Shown piece after piece: positions 18,333 to 28,323 of a DNA stretch of 64,000 bases (its first letter is position 1; each line of letters opens with the position of its first letter). Made by a program: the position numbers and the translations under genes. The DNA is from Candidatus Poribacteria bacterium (GTDB lineage Bacteria > Poribacteria > WGA-4E > PCPOR2b), in the NCBI GenBank assembly GCA_022822005.1, contig JAJECO010000023.1:29904-93903 (forward strand). Direction: 5' to 3'. The notes under the pieces are model-generated. The model did no database searches. It was given only the letters and a program-made list of their open reading frames with translations, and had not been told where the DNA came from.

Positions 18333-19673
18333 ATGTCAAACGCCAACGCAAAACAAGCATTGTTCCACCGTGATTTGAGTTACAACTATCCTCTAATAGT
18401 GCGCGGAGAAGGGATCTATCTCTACGATGAAACGGGCAAACGTTACATCGATGGCGCCGCCGGTGCGAGCAATGTTACCTTGGGACACGGCCGCCAGCGT
18501 ATCGCGGAGGCGATGGCAGAACAGGGCAAAACGCTCGCCTACTGCTTCGCCACCCATTTTACGACCCAACCGGCACTCGATTTAGCGGATCGGGTCGCCA
18601 AAATAGCCCCCGGTGACCTGAACCACGCCTACTTCGTTTCAGGCGGTTCGGAGGGAATTGAAACCGCAATCAAGATCGCCCGGCAATACCATGTCCAGCG
18701 TGGGAACGGACAGAAGCACCAAGTCATTTCGCGTTGGCGCGGCTACCACGGTGCGACACTCGGCGCTTTGGGCGTCACAGGCACGCCGGGGATGCGCGAT
18801 CTTTACGCACCCCTGCTCCCCAATTTCCCCCACATCACGCCCTGCTACCCATACCGTTGCGCGTTTGCAGGGTGTGAGGGAAAGTGTAACCTCACCTGTG
18901 CCAACGAGTTAGAACAGATGATCTTGCAGACCGGTCCGGAGAACGTGGCGGCATTTGTGGCGGAACCGTTGGTGCTCGGAGGCGTTGCTGCCGCTATACC
19001 ACCCAAGGATTACTATCCGCTCGTCCGTGAAATCTGCGATAAATACGACGTCCTATTTATTGCAGATGAAATCATCACAGGCTTCGGGCGCAGCGGCAGA
19101 TATTTCGCCATCGAGCATTGGGACGTCCTCCCGGATATGATTGTCTTTGGAAAGGCAGCCAGCAGCGGCTACGCCCCTTTGAGCGGTGTGATTGTTCGGG
19201 ATAGTATTCGTGATACCTTCGCGGTGGGTGGCACGCCTTTTGCTCACGTCTTCACCTACGTCAATAATCCGATAGCAATGCGGGTTGGGCTGGAAGTACT
19301 AGACATCATCGAAGAGGAAGGGATCCTTGAGCATACCGTGGAGATGGGCGCGTACCTATTGGAAAAGGCAAGCGCGTTAGATGCCCATCCGAGCGTCGGC
19401 GAGATTCGAGGGCTTGGACTGATCCTCGGCATCGAATTGGTACGCGACAAAGATACGAAGGAACCGTTCCCCGCATCGCTTGGCGTACACAAACGTCTCA
19501 ACAAAATGTTGCTGGACAAGGGGCTGTCCATGGGAACCGGCGGCGGTACGGCGGATTGGGTGAACGGCGACGACCTGCGTTTTTATCCCCCGCTCATTAT
19601 CACGCGCAGCCAGATCGACGACGTAATTGCCATCATCAATGAGTGTTTAACCCAATTGGAATCGGAATTTTAA
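18333..19673 (+). CDS. class III (omega) aminotransferase
   Basis: AT-III fold motifs, including DEI.TGFGR.G. GGGGAGG RBS. Confidence 0.8.
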   Translation: MSNANAKQALFHRDLSYNYPLIVRGEGIYLYDETGKRYIDGAAGASNVTLGHGRQRIAEAMAEQGKTLAYCFATHFTTQPALDLADRVAKIAPGDLNHAYFVSGGSEGIETAIKIARQYHVQRGNGQKHQVISRWRGYHGATLGALGVTGTPGMRDLYAPLLPNFPHITPCYPYRCAFAGCEGKCNLTCANELEQMILQTGPENVAAFVAEPLVLGGVAAAIPPKDYYPLVREICDKYDVLFIADEIITGFGRSGRYFAIEHWDVLPDMIVFGKAASSGYAPLSGVIVRDSIRDTFAVGGTPFAHVFTYVNNPIAMRVGLEVLDIIEEEGILEHTVEMGAYLLEKASALDAHPSVGEIRGLGLILGIELVRDKDTKEPFPASLGVHKRLNKMLLDKGLSMGTGGGTADWVNGDDLRFYPPLIITRSQIDDVIAIINECLTQLESEF

Positions 19674-19726
19674 CGCAAAGTCGCAGAGTCGCAAAGAAAA
19701 GACCTTCTATAACAATAGGAGTTACG

Positions 19727-19875
19727 CACTTCAGATTGTAGTTGCCTGTTTCTTTATCCCGATTTATCGGGGATTCATCAGGCGTTAGCAACGGTGTTCA
19801 GTGGCGATGAATCGCCGAACTACTCCCTTGATGAGGGAGGGGGGTTGGTTTTGACCGTTCAACTGCGTAAGTCCT
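19727..19875. mobile_element. about 150-bp element with imperfect terminal inverted repeats AGGAGTTACGCACTTCAG / CAACTGCGTAAGTCCT
   Basis: Its 5' 57 bp are identical to 8177-8233. Confidence 0.45.
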
Positions 19876-20042
19876 AAATAAGTAGACATTTATCAATACT
19901 CCGACCCTCACGAAGTCGCCACAGTCCCCCTGATAAGTGGTACATCCCGCCTGTCCCGATTCATCGGGGATTTATCGGGGGAGGAATTTAGGGGGTTGGC
20001 TGTGCATCGGAACTATCTAAGTAATTCTAAAAACCATCATAA
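19875..20042. mobile_element. MITE-like element, third copy, lacking the 5' terminal inverted repeat
   Basis: Collinear with 9521-9689 (AAATAAGTAGACATT...ACTCCGACC...GGGGGTTGG.TGTGCA...CTAAGTAATTCTAAAA). Confidence 0.5.
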
Positions 20043-20106
20043 TATTTCTTCCTTGCGTCTTTGCCTCTTGGCGTCCTTGCGTTCCACATCTTCTCGCTCT
20101 GTGTTC

Positions 20107-20850
20107 TTACCCAAATAACGGGTTGGTCGTACCAAATGCGTCTACAGCTGTCCCTGTGACCGCTGAACTCACGTCCGACGATAGGAAAACGGCGAGCGCC
20201 GCTATCTCTTCCGGCAGCATCAGCTTCGGATTCTCATCCCTACCGCCGCTCCCAAATGCCTCGCGGAAACCCTCCGTGTCAACCCCACCGGGACAGATAC
20301 AGTTGACATCAATGCCGTGCTCTTTAACCTCGGCTGCAACGCTCTCCGTCAGACTGATCAGCGCGGCTTTCGTTACCCGATAGGCAGTGCGCCCCTTGCC
20401 CCCTTTGCGTCCGCCAATACTTGAGATATTGATGATTTTGCCGTATCGGTTTTTGATCATGCTTGGGAGGGCGAATTTCGTGAGCAACGCAGCAGCAGTC
20501 AGGTTCACATCCATCACCTGCCGCCACAAATCGGCGTCCAAGTCTACCAGATCTATAGGAGGATGGATGATGGCAGCGTTGTTGACCAAGATATCGACGC
20601 TCCCAAATTTCGCGGTCGTTTCATCTACAATGCGTCGGATATCCCGTTCAACCCCCAGATCCGCAGTCACCGCCAACCCCGCTGAACCCGCCGCTTCGAC
20701 CTGAGCAACCACCGCTTCAATTGCCACCGTCGTCCGGGCGGTAGCAACGACGTTGGCACCTTCCTGACCAAATGCGACTGCAATTGCCCTCCCGATCCCT
20801 TGGCTCGCACCGGTAACGACAGCCGTTCTATTATTAAGTTGTCCCATCAA
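20107..20850 (-). CDS. SDR-family oxidoreductase
   Basis: TGASQGIGRAIA and YRVTKAA motifs. AAGGAGA RBS. Confidence 0.85.
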   Translation of the reverse strand: MMGQLNNRTAVVTGASQGIGRAIAVAFGQEGANVVATARTTVAIEAVVAQVEAAGSAGLAVTADLGVERDIRRIVDETTAKFGSVDILVNNAAIIHPPIDLVDLDADLWRQVMDVNLTAAALLTKFALPSMIKNRYGKIINISSIGGRKGGKGRTAYRVTKAALISLTESVAAEVKEHGIDVNCICPGGVDTEGFREAFGSGGRDENPKLMLPEEIAALAVFLSSDVSSAVTGTAVDAFGTTNPLFG

Positions 20851-20998
20851 TCTCTCCTTTCAATATCGACTCATGTTAAAGAACCGTGCGATAGAAGGAA
20901 CAACGATCGTTGTTCCTTACTGCTATGAGTCTCGCAGGTCGGACCCCAATGAACCAATGAACTAATTACGTTTCACGCATCACGTTTTACGTTTCTTA

Positions 20999-21820
20999 CT
21001 ATCGCGCAGTCAAATCGTCCCCTAAGTCATCGGTATCGAACTCCCCTGCCTCCATGCAGACAGCCATCACAAGCATTTCCAAATCCGCCTGTGTGTGGTT
21101 GTAAATACCGTGCGATCCACCCAACCGGTTCGGGATGGCGTCACCCACATGTACCTCCTCCGTTTCGTCGTCCACCGTCATTCGACCGCTGCCCGCCATG
21201 ATGATGTACGTCTCCTCTATCGTATCGTGGCGGTGATACCCGACCGAGGCACCGGGTGGAACCACGCAGTGGGCAACAAACCCCCAATTTGTTCGGAAAT
21301 CCTGATGCCCCCACACCTGTCTTATCCCGACCAGTCCCTTTCCTTTATGAACGTTCGGAATAAAAGTCAGCAGATTGCGGTCAAGTCGCCCGACAGGAAG
21401 CCGATCAATCGCCTCCAACGGCGCGCCGACACGATCGTCCCCGAAGTCTGTGCAGTCATACCCACCGCCCGTATTCGCGACACAGAAATTCATGAACAGC
21501 GTCTCTTTGTCCGTATGGTTGTAGATGGCGTGGGATTCCCCTTTCCGGCAAGGGACAGTCGCACCCCCAACCACCTCCGCCGTTCGACCATTGTGGGTGA
21601 ACTGCGCGGCGTTGTCCAGAATTGTGAACATCTCCTCGCACTCATCGTGACGGTGATGACCAATCCCGCCTCCGGGTGCCAAAACCGCGTAATGAACAAA
21701 CCACCACGGCGTCTCAAAGGCGTCCTCACCCCAGAGACCCTTAATTAAAATATGCCCCGCCCCGCCATGAACATTTTCTGACACACTCAATTCCTCTCGA
21801 TTCACATGAGCAATCCGCAT
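20999..21820 (-). CDS. bicupin protein
   Basis: Two cupin barrels (HRHD...E). GGAGGGA RBS. Confidence 0.65.
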   Translation of the reverse strand: MRIAHVNREELSVSENVHGGAGHILIKGLWGEDAFETPWWFVHYAVLAPGGGIGHHRHDECEEMFTILDNAAQFTHNGRTAEVVGGATVPCRKGESHAIYNHTDKETLFMNFCVANTGGGYDCTDFGDDRVGAPLEAIDRLPVGRLDRNLLTFIPNVHKGKGLVGIRQVWGHQDFRTNWGFVAHCVVPPGASVGYHRHDTIEETYIIMAGSGRMTVDDETEEVHVGDAIPNRLGGSHGIYNHTQADLEMLVMAVCMEAGEFDTDDLGDDLTAR

Positions 21821-22124
21821 GACTATTTCTCCCTCCCTTATACTATACGCTATTTATTAACCCCGTTCGGCTTGGCTAGACATATCCAAGCCACACCGCA
21901 TCAGCGCAGTGGATTGGCAATCTACTGCGAGCGGTGAAACTAATGGAACGGTATCTTACCACGTCTGGAATCACAACTCAACACAATTGATACCTGTGGA
22001 TGACACAGCATCAAACCACCTGTGATGCGGGTACCAAGCAAAAAGTTTCCCAATCTAGGAGTACTGTAGGAGGGATCTCCGAATCCCGATATTAAATAGC
22101 CCTACTACCAACTTCCATTTGGAC

Positions 22125-22153
22125 TTGACGGAGCATTTTTTCTGTGCTAAACT
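22125..22153 (+). promoter_or_regulatory. sigma70-like promoter TTGACG-17-TAAACT, with upstream motifs at 22063-22103
   Basis: Seen in sequence. The same upstream motif architecture occurs at 39068-39222. Confidence 0.35.
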
Positions 22154-22212
22154 CGACACCAACACGAAAATTCAATATTGGAAATTCATCTTCTACATAC
22201 GGAGTATTTGCC

Positions 22213-23013
22213 ATGATGAAAATCGGTGCCATGTCTTTGAATGTCAGAGATACAACAGCCACCGCCTTTGCGCAAATCGTCTACGACCTCGGATACGACA
22301 TGATTGAGTTGCATTCGAGCGCGTTTGAGTCTACCGACATCGATTATCTGCGAACAGTCAAAAAAGACCTGATGCAGAAGGGGTTGCCCCTCGGATACAT
22401 CGGAATCAGCAACGATTTTGGCAGTCCGATTGAGGAGCATCCGGAACAGATTGCGTTAATCAAGAAATGGATTGATGTCGCAGATTTCATGAGTTGTCCA
22501 TTGGTCCGCGTCTTTGCCGCATACCTCCGGGAAGAGCACGAAGACGAAGAGGAACTCTGGCCCCCAATGATCGCTGGGTTCAAGGAAGTTGCGGAGTATG
22601 GCTACGAAAAAGGGATCCTCGTCGGTTTACAGAATCATAATCACAACAATGTCACCCGCACCGGCGATGATCTGCTGCGCGCCCTTCGTGAAACGGATCA
22701 CCCCTACTTCACACACATCGTTGATACCGGACAGTACGCCGGTTCGCCTGGCGCAAGTGGCCACAAGGGTTCGGCTCACCCAAATTACGATTGCTACGAT
22801 AGCATTGCAAAGACAGCACCTTATGCCGTGTACGCCCGTACAAAATTTTATCAAATAGACAGCGGCGTGGAGGAGTGGCTGGATTATCCACGCATCCTTG
22901 ATATCTTTCGCGGAATCGGTTATAACGGCTGCCTGTCGGTGGTCTACGAAGGCGAGTCCGATCGAGTGGAATCAATGCGGAAAGCTGTGAACTATCTTCG
23001 ATCGATTATGTGA
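22213..23013 (+). CDS. sugar phosphate isomerase/epimerase (xylose-isomerase-like TIM barrel)
   Basis: Paralogue of 11675-12481. Confidence 0.75.
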   Translation: MMKIGAMSLNVRDTTATAFAQIVYDLGYDMIELHSSAFESTDIDYLRTVKKDLMQKGLPLGYIGISNDFGSPIEEHPEQIALIKKWIDVADFMSCPLVRVFAAYLREEHEDEEELWPPMIAGFKEVAEYGYEKGILVGLQNHNHNNVTRTGDDLLRALRETDHPYFTHIVDTGQYAGSPGASGHKGSAHPNYDCYDSIAKTAPYAVYARTKFYQIDSGVEEWLDYPRILDIFRGIGYNGCLSVVYEGESDRVESMRKAVNYLRSIM

Positions 23014-23693
23014 AATATCAAATGAATCAGATTGTTGACCTGACAATGCCAATCGAAAACCACTTTCGGTGGCCCGTAGATCGGCAACTCAGAGAGGACT
23101 TCAACACAGGCAGCGCTTTTCAAGTGACCTGGGCTGGCTGGGCGGTCCATGGATTCACGCATGTTGATGCGCCGAGGCACATCGACCCCAACGGTGGGAC
23201 GACGAGCGATATCCCACTCGATCAGATTGTGGGCAGAGCCACAATTGTCGACCTCACTGGTATCGAGCCCAATTCGGCGATCACTGAAACCCAAGTCCGT
23301 AACGCCGGTGCGCACATCAGCCCGAGCGACATCGTCCTGCTGAAGACCTGTTGGGATCAAGTCGCCTCGCCAAAGACACCGGAATTCTGGACGACTGCCC
23401 CTTACATGACCCAACCGGCGTGCGAGTGGCTCCTATCACGTCAGATTAAAGCAATTGGTTATGATTTTCCACAAGATTATCCCATCCGAAAGCTGCTCGA
23501 CAAAGAGGTCGCACCGATTTCTGAATTTGTTACACATGACGTATTGCTTCGCAATGGCGTTATCATGATTGAATACCTCTGTAACCTACACCAATTAACG
23601 ACTCCCTACACCCAACTCTATGTACTCCCGTTGAAGATTCTGGAATCGGACGGAGCACCCGCTCGCGCGATTGCCGTTCAGCCTGAAAGGTAA
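23010..23693 (+). CDS. cyclase-family protein (kynurenine-formamidase-like)
   Basis: HxGTHxDxPxH-type motif (FTHVDAPRH). Confidence 0.6.
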   Translation: MKYQMNQIVDLTMPIENHFRWPVDRQLREDFNTGSAFQVTWAGWAVHGFTHVDAPRHIDPNGGTTSDIPLDQIVGRATIVDLTGIEPNSAITETQVRNAGAHISPSDIVLLKTCWDQVASPKTPEFWTTAPYMTQPACEWLLSRQIKAIGYDFPQDYPIRKLLDKEVAPISEFVTHDVLLRNGVIMIEYLCNLHQLTTPYTQLYVLPLKILESDGAPARAIAVQPER

Positions 23694-23754
23694 AAATACG
23701 TCATGGCTATCGCACACACGCTTACCTTGCAATCTCCATAGAGGTGCGCTGGAA

Positions 23755-25281
23755 ATGCAGAATATGGAATCACATTCACAATATTCCAATCGCCAAGACT
23801 TCGCACCGTGTAACACCTTGCATTTTCGTCCCGAAGGTGCACTCGTCGGGGACGCATCTTTCTACTGTCGGGAAGGCGAGTGCCACCTTTTCTATCTAAG
23901 CAAAAGAAAAGACGACCCGCCCAGACTTCCTCGCTGTGAACTCGACCACGCCGTGAGTACCGATCTCCTCCATTGGGAACTTCTACCACCAGCATTGCTG
24001 CCGGGGCAGCCGGGAGAGGCAGATGATGACGGAATAGGTGGGGTGGCGATAGTGCGCTCCGAGGGAAAGTACCAAATGTTCTACGCCGGCACTAACCCCC
24101 AAGTGATCTATCACGCCTCCAGCGACGACCTAATCAAGTGGGAGAAAGACGCGCCCCTGCGACCGATAATTGTTCCAGATACGCGTTGGTACGTTTCCCA
24201 CGATGCCCCTGTAGAAGACCCCTACCTACTGACAGCGTGGCGGGATCCGTTTCTGTTCTACGACGATGTAGGTGAGCAGTATGTGATGATCACTACCGCG
24301 CGGCTCAACCACGGACCGCTGTGGGAGCGGGGCTGTGTGGCTTGGACTGTTAGCAAAGACTTGAAAAACTGGGAGGTGAGACCACCTCTTTACAGTCCTT
24401 TCATTGGGGCAGCCCTTGAGGTTACAGAGATTTTTAAGATGGAGGAACGTTACTATCTGATATTCTGTCATGGGGAGACGAATACCACGCGCTACCGAGT
24501 CGCAGAGCGGCTGGAGGGTCCCTATCTCTGTCCTGAAGACGACGTTCTTCTGCCGAACTATATGTATGCACCTCGAACCGCTATGATGGGCGGTGGGCGT
24601 TACCTCATTCCCTGGGCTGCGGACCGTATCGGCGGTAACGATGACTATCAACCCGAATGGGGTGGAGAGGGATACGCTTGGGGCGGAGCACTGGGAACTC
24701 CCCAACACATTCGGACTCTACCGGATGGCGGGATCGGCCTGTTTTATCCAAGCATTGTTGACCGCTTGGCAGCCGAGCCGTTGCTCGGTCCGAGCGTATT
24801 GGAAGGGGTACAGTCGGAACGGGGTGAGTGGAAAGGGACATCAGGAAGACTCTCCGCTACCTCTTCACAGGGACTGGCACGGGGGATGCTCTCCGCCGGT
24901 GGAACAGATTTTATCCTCTCATGCGAGATAACGATGAAGCGAGGTGCGGCGACAGGCTTGATTCTCCGTGGGAATGAAACTGGCGAAGCGGGCTACTTCC
25001 TGCGCTTAGAGCCGGGACAGGGTGTCGTCTCGCTGTGGCGATACCCCCGACCATGGGTAATCTCTCGACCAATGGCGATGAAGATTACATCCGAGGTTAA
25101 TTATAATCGCCCGATGGCGTTAAAAGTCCTACTCCACAGACACATCTTAGACGTCTACCTAAATGACAGACTGGTAATTTCGCGTGCTGTTCACGACTAT
25201 AAGGAAGGACGTTTCGGGGTTTTTGTCGAGGATGCCGAGAGCGAATTTACCGCACTCAAAGCGAACGAGCTAAAGGAATGA
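23755..25281 (+). CDS. GH32-like (clan GH-J) beta-propeller glycoside hydrolase with C-terminal beta-sandwich
   Basis: HFRPEG...HLFY, WRDP and E-x-T-E motifs resemble the GH32 NDPNG, RDP and EC blocks. Confidence 0.45.
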   Translation: MQNMESHSQYSNRQDFAPCNTLHFRPEGALVGDASFYCREGECHLFYLSKRKDDPPRLPRCELDHAVSTDLLHWELLPPALLPGQPGEADDDGIGGVAIVRSEGKYQMFYAGTNPQVIYHASSDDLIKWEKDAPLRPIIVPDTRWYVSHDAPVEDPYLLTAWRDPFLFYDDVGEQYVMITTARLNHGPLWERGCVAWTVSKDLKNWEVRPPLYSPFIGAALEVTEIFKMEERYYLIFCHGETNTTRYRVAERLEGPYLCPEDDVLLPNYMYAPRTAMMGGGRYLIPWAADRIGGNDDYQPEWGGEGYAWGGALGTPQHIRTLPDGGIGLFYPSIVDRLAAEPLLGPSVLEGVQSERGEWKGTSGRLSATSSQGLARGMLSAGGTDFILSCEITMKRGAATGLILRGNETGEAGYFLRLEPGQGVVSLWRYPRPWVISRPMAMKITSEVNYNRPMALKVLLHRHILDVYLNDRLVISRAVHDYKEGRFGVFVEDAESEFTALKANELKE

Positions 25282-25336
25282 GTTTGGCGGACCGCCCTTC
25301 GTTTTCTCACATCTCATGACAAGGAGCAGAGATTCA

Positions 25337-26488
25337 ATGAAAATCACCGACATTAAACCGATCCCAGTACAGGTCGGACACAGAAATCAACTCGTGGTTA
25401 AAGTCGAAACAGACGAAGGGATTTACGGGTGGGGAGAATCCGGGGTATCCGGACGTGAACTGGCTGTCGTTGGTGCGATCCAACATTATCGCGAATTTCT
25501 CATTGGCCGCGATCCAATGCGCATTGGTGGACTCTGGCAGGAGATGTATCGGAGCCAGTATTTTGAGGGCGGACGTATCTTGACCGCCGCTATCGCCGCT
25601 ATTGACATCGCACTTTACGATATCGCAGGCAAGGCACTCGGTGTACCCGTCTACCAACTGCTCGGTGGGAAACAGCGCGATTTCGTTCCTTGCTTTGCCA
25701 CCACCTTTGCCCAATCACTTGAGGAGTTGATTGAAGATACCAATTTGCTGATCGAAAATGGTTGGAATGTCATCCGCACGGCACCAGTTCAAGACAGCGA
25801 TCCAACAATTTTTGAGCCACGGGAGTCAATCGCCATAACCGCCAGTCAGTTGACCCAACTTCGGGAAGCGGTCGGTCCCGCGCCCGTTCTGGGTATCGAT
25901 TACCACCATCGCTTGAGTGTCGCGGAAGCCGCATCTTTTTGCCAGCGCATGCCCAGCGGTACCCTCGACTTTCTCGAAGAACCGATTCGCGACCAGACGC
26001 CAGCGGCGTATGAATCTTTGCGCCAGATGGTTGATGTTCCGTTTGCAATCGGGGAAGAAATCTCCAGCAAATGGGACTTTTTGCCTTATCTGGAACGTGG
26101 AATTACCAACTTTGCCCGCATTGATGTCTGTAATGTCGGAGGACTAACGGAAGGGATGAAGGTGGCGAGTTTAGCGGAAACGCACTATATCGACCTAATG
26201 CCCCATAATCCGTTGGGCGCGATCTGCACGGCAGCCACAGTACACTTAGCCGCGGCGGTTCCCAACTTTGCTTGGTTAGAGGTACGAGTTTCACCAACGG
26301 AGGAGAGCGGATTTTACAACGAGGAAGTTTTCCCGATGCAGCCGAAACTTGAAGGGGATCGTTTCGTAGTGCCAGATACGCCGGGGCTTGGTGTTGAGTT
26401 CAATGAAGAGATAGCGGCAAATCAGACCTTTACATTCTGGGAGGCACCACACTGGAGGCGCCGCGATGGGTCTTACACCAACTGGTAG
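25337..26488 (+). CDS. enolase-superfamily dehydratase (D-galactonate / mannonate dehydratase-like)
   Basis: N-terminal MKITDIK...V.VETDEGIYGWGE capping domain. Confidence 0.75.
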   Translation: MKITDIKPIPVQVGHRNQLVVKVETDEGIYGWGESGVSGRELAVVGAIQHYREFLIGRDPMRIGGLWQEMYRSQYFEGGRILTAAIAAIDIALYDIAGKALGVPVYQLLGGKQRDFVPCFATTFAQSLEELIEDTNLLIENGWNVIRTAPVQDSDPTIFEPRESIAITASQLTQLREAVGPAPVLGIDYHHRLSVAEAASFCQRMPSGTLDFLEEPIRDQTPAAYESLRQMVDVPFAIGEEISSKWDFLPYLERGITNFARIDVCNVGGLTEGMKVASLAETHYIDLMPHNPLGAICTAATVHLAAAVPNFAWLEVRVSPTEESGFYNEEVFPMQPKLEGDRFVVPDTPGLGVEFNEEIAANQTFTFWEAPHWRRRDGSYTNW

Positions 26489-26535
26489 GTGAGACCGATG
26501 ACAACGACACTCGCCCATGAGAGGAGGAACTTGTG

Positions 26536-27426
26536 ATGTCAACCGACAACCAAGTCTCACATCAAACGGTTCGCTGGATCCACGTTACAGACCTGCAGTT
26601 GGGCTTGGGCAAGTCCGCCGGTAACGACAACGATACCATCGCCCGGAGTCTCATTGAGCAGATCGCGTCTGAAGAGGCGGATTTCGTCATCAATTCGGGT
26701 GATCTTATTCACGGTGCACACGCGGATCAGACGCTCGAAACGATCATGGAATACTGGTCGGACTATCAGATAACCGTAAAACCTCTCAAGGGGAAATCGC
26801 CCATTCTTTCTGCCCCAGGCAACCACGACATGACGCGTGAGGATAGGTCTATGGAGCGGTACTGCCGGGAAACAGGGAGAGCGGACCAGCCGCCGTATTA
26901 CGCAGCGACGATCCAAGGCGTGCATGTTGTATGTCTCGACGTCGTTTCATCTCTGCACCGGGGAGGTTTTCCCAAGGGATCTAAACAAGAGGTCTGGTTG
27001 AAGCAGGAACTGAACCGTTTACCTCAAGTCAGAGGTCTCATTGTGGTCGGTCATTATCCGATCTTTCTGTCTCCCGATTTTTACGGAAGGTTTTCGGATT
27101 CATCCCTACATTATGATGAACGTACCGGGCAAGAGGGAGTCCTGCTTCCCATCCTGCTCAAAGCTGGGGTCGATCTCTATCTTTGCGGGCATCTACACAC
27201 CTATGAACGGACACGGTATGACCAGTTGACCCAAGTGATGGCCGGTGCCTACGGGGTTGCCTACCCGGATCTGATGCCATATCAACCGAATCAGCACTGT
27301 CAGGCTCTGGACGAACGGCAGTGTTACGTCCGCTACACCCTCACCAAGGACGCTATCCACGCTGAGGCGATATCGCTACAAGGGGCGGTCGTGGACGCTT
27401 GGTCGCAGGCGCTTAATCGGGATTAG
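26536..27426 (+). CDS. metallophosphoesterase
   Basis: HVTDLQLG, GNHD and GHLH motifs. Confidence 0.65.
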   Translation: MSTDNQVSHQTVRWIHVTDLQLGLGKSAGNDNDTIARSLIEQIASEEADFVINSGDLIHGAHADQTLETIMEYWSDYQITVKPLKGKSPILSAPGNHDMTREDRSMERYCRETGRADQPPYYAATIQGVHVVCLDVVSSLHRGGFPKGSKQEVWLKQELNRLPQVRGLIVVGHYPIFLSPDFYGRFSDSSLHYDERTGQEGVLLPILLKAGVDLYLCGHLHTYERTRYDQLTQVMAGAYGVAYPDLMPYQPNQHCQALDERQCYVRYTLTKDAIHAEAISLQGAVVDAWSQALNRD

Positions 27427-27519
27427 CGGTGTAACAACATTATTCGACAATAAAACGAAAACCTATACTGTAGTTGCCCAATTCATTGGGCAACTACAGG
27501 TCATCAGGAGGACAACGTC

Positions 27520-28323
27520 ATGAATAATCTTGAACTGCAGCAATATCTGTTCGATATACAAGGCTACTTGGTTATTGAAAACGTCTTGAGTCCAGAAGAG
27601 CTTGCAACGCTCAACCAGTTGATCGACCAGCAAGAACTACCCACACCGGGAAAGGTTCAAAGATTTGGTAGCGCACCAGACGGATCAGGATTTCTCAATT
27701 GGGGAAAACCGTTTTGTGATCTTCTGACCCACGACGCGATTATGCCGATCCTCCGATTCCGGTTGGGCGACTCCTTCCGTCTCGATCGGATTTACGGCAT
27801 GTATATGCGTGACGGGATGCCAAGAGGACGACTCCACGCTGATTACGGTGCCACCTCGCCAACCTCCGGCGCGCAACCGGGAGAATACTTCCCTTTCCGC
27901 GATAATGTAATTACTAACGGATTTGTCGTGGTAACATGGGTTTTGTCCGACGCAGGTCCCGACCACGGTGGATTTTGCTGCATTCCCGGCAGCCACAAAA
28001 GCAACTTTAAGCTACCACCACAGATAGACGAATCCCCCGAAGATGCACCGTGTGTAATCATCCCAAATGCGCCAGCCGGTTCGGCAATTCTATTCACCGA
28101 AGCGCTGACCCACGGAACGGCAGCCTGGCGCGGCAAACACGAAAGACGGTCTTTGTTGTATAAATACTGTGTGTCACACATGGTATGGACCGCACGGCGC
28201 GTACAACTCCCGACAAATGTTGAACTGACCTCCCGTCAGGAGATTCTCTTCGGTACCCCCGGAGATCCGCTCCGTCACTTCCCATCGCTATTCGAAGGGT
28301 TTGAAAGCGAGCAGGTTGTATGA
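27520..28323 (+). CDS. phytanoyl-CoA dioxygenase (PhyH) family protein
   Basis: Third PhyH paralogue in the window. Confidence 0.7.
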   Translation: MNNLELQQYLFDIQGYLVIENVLSPEELATLNQLIDQQELPTPGKVQRFGSAPDGSGFLNWGKPFCDLLTHDAIMPILRFRLGDSFRLDRIYGMYMRDGMPRGRLHADYGATSPTSGAQPGEYFPFRDNVITNGFVVVTWVLSDAGPDHGGFCCIPGSHKSNFKLPPQIDESPEDAPCVIIPNAPAGSAILFTEALTHGTAAWRGKHERRSLLYKYCVSHMVWTARRVQLPTNVELTSRQEILFGTPGDPLRHFPSLFEGFESEQVV

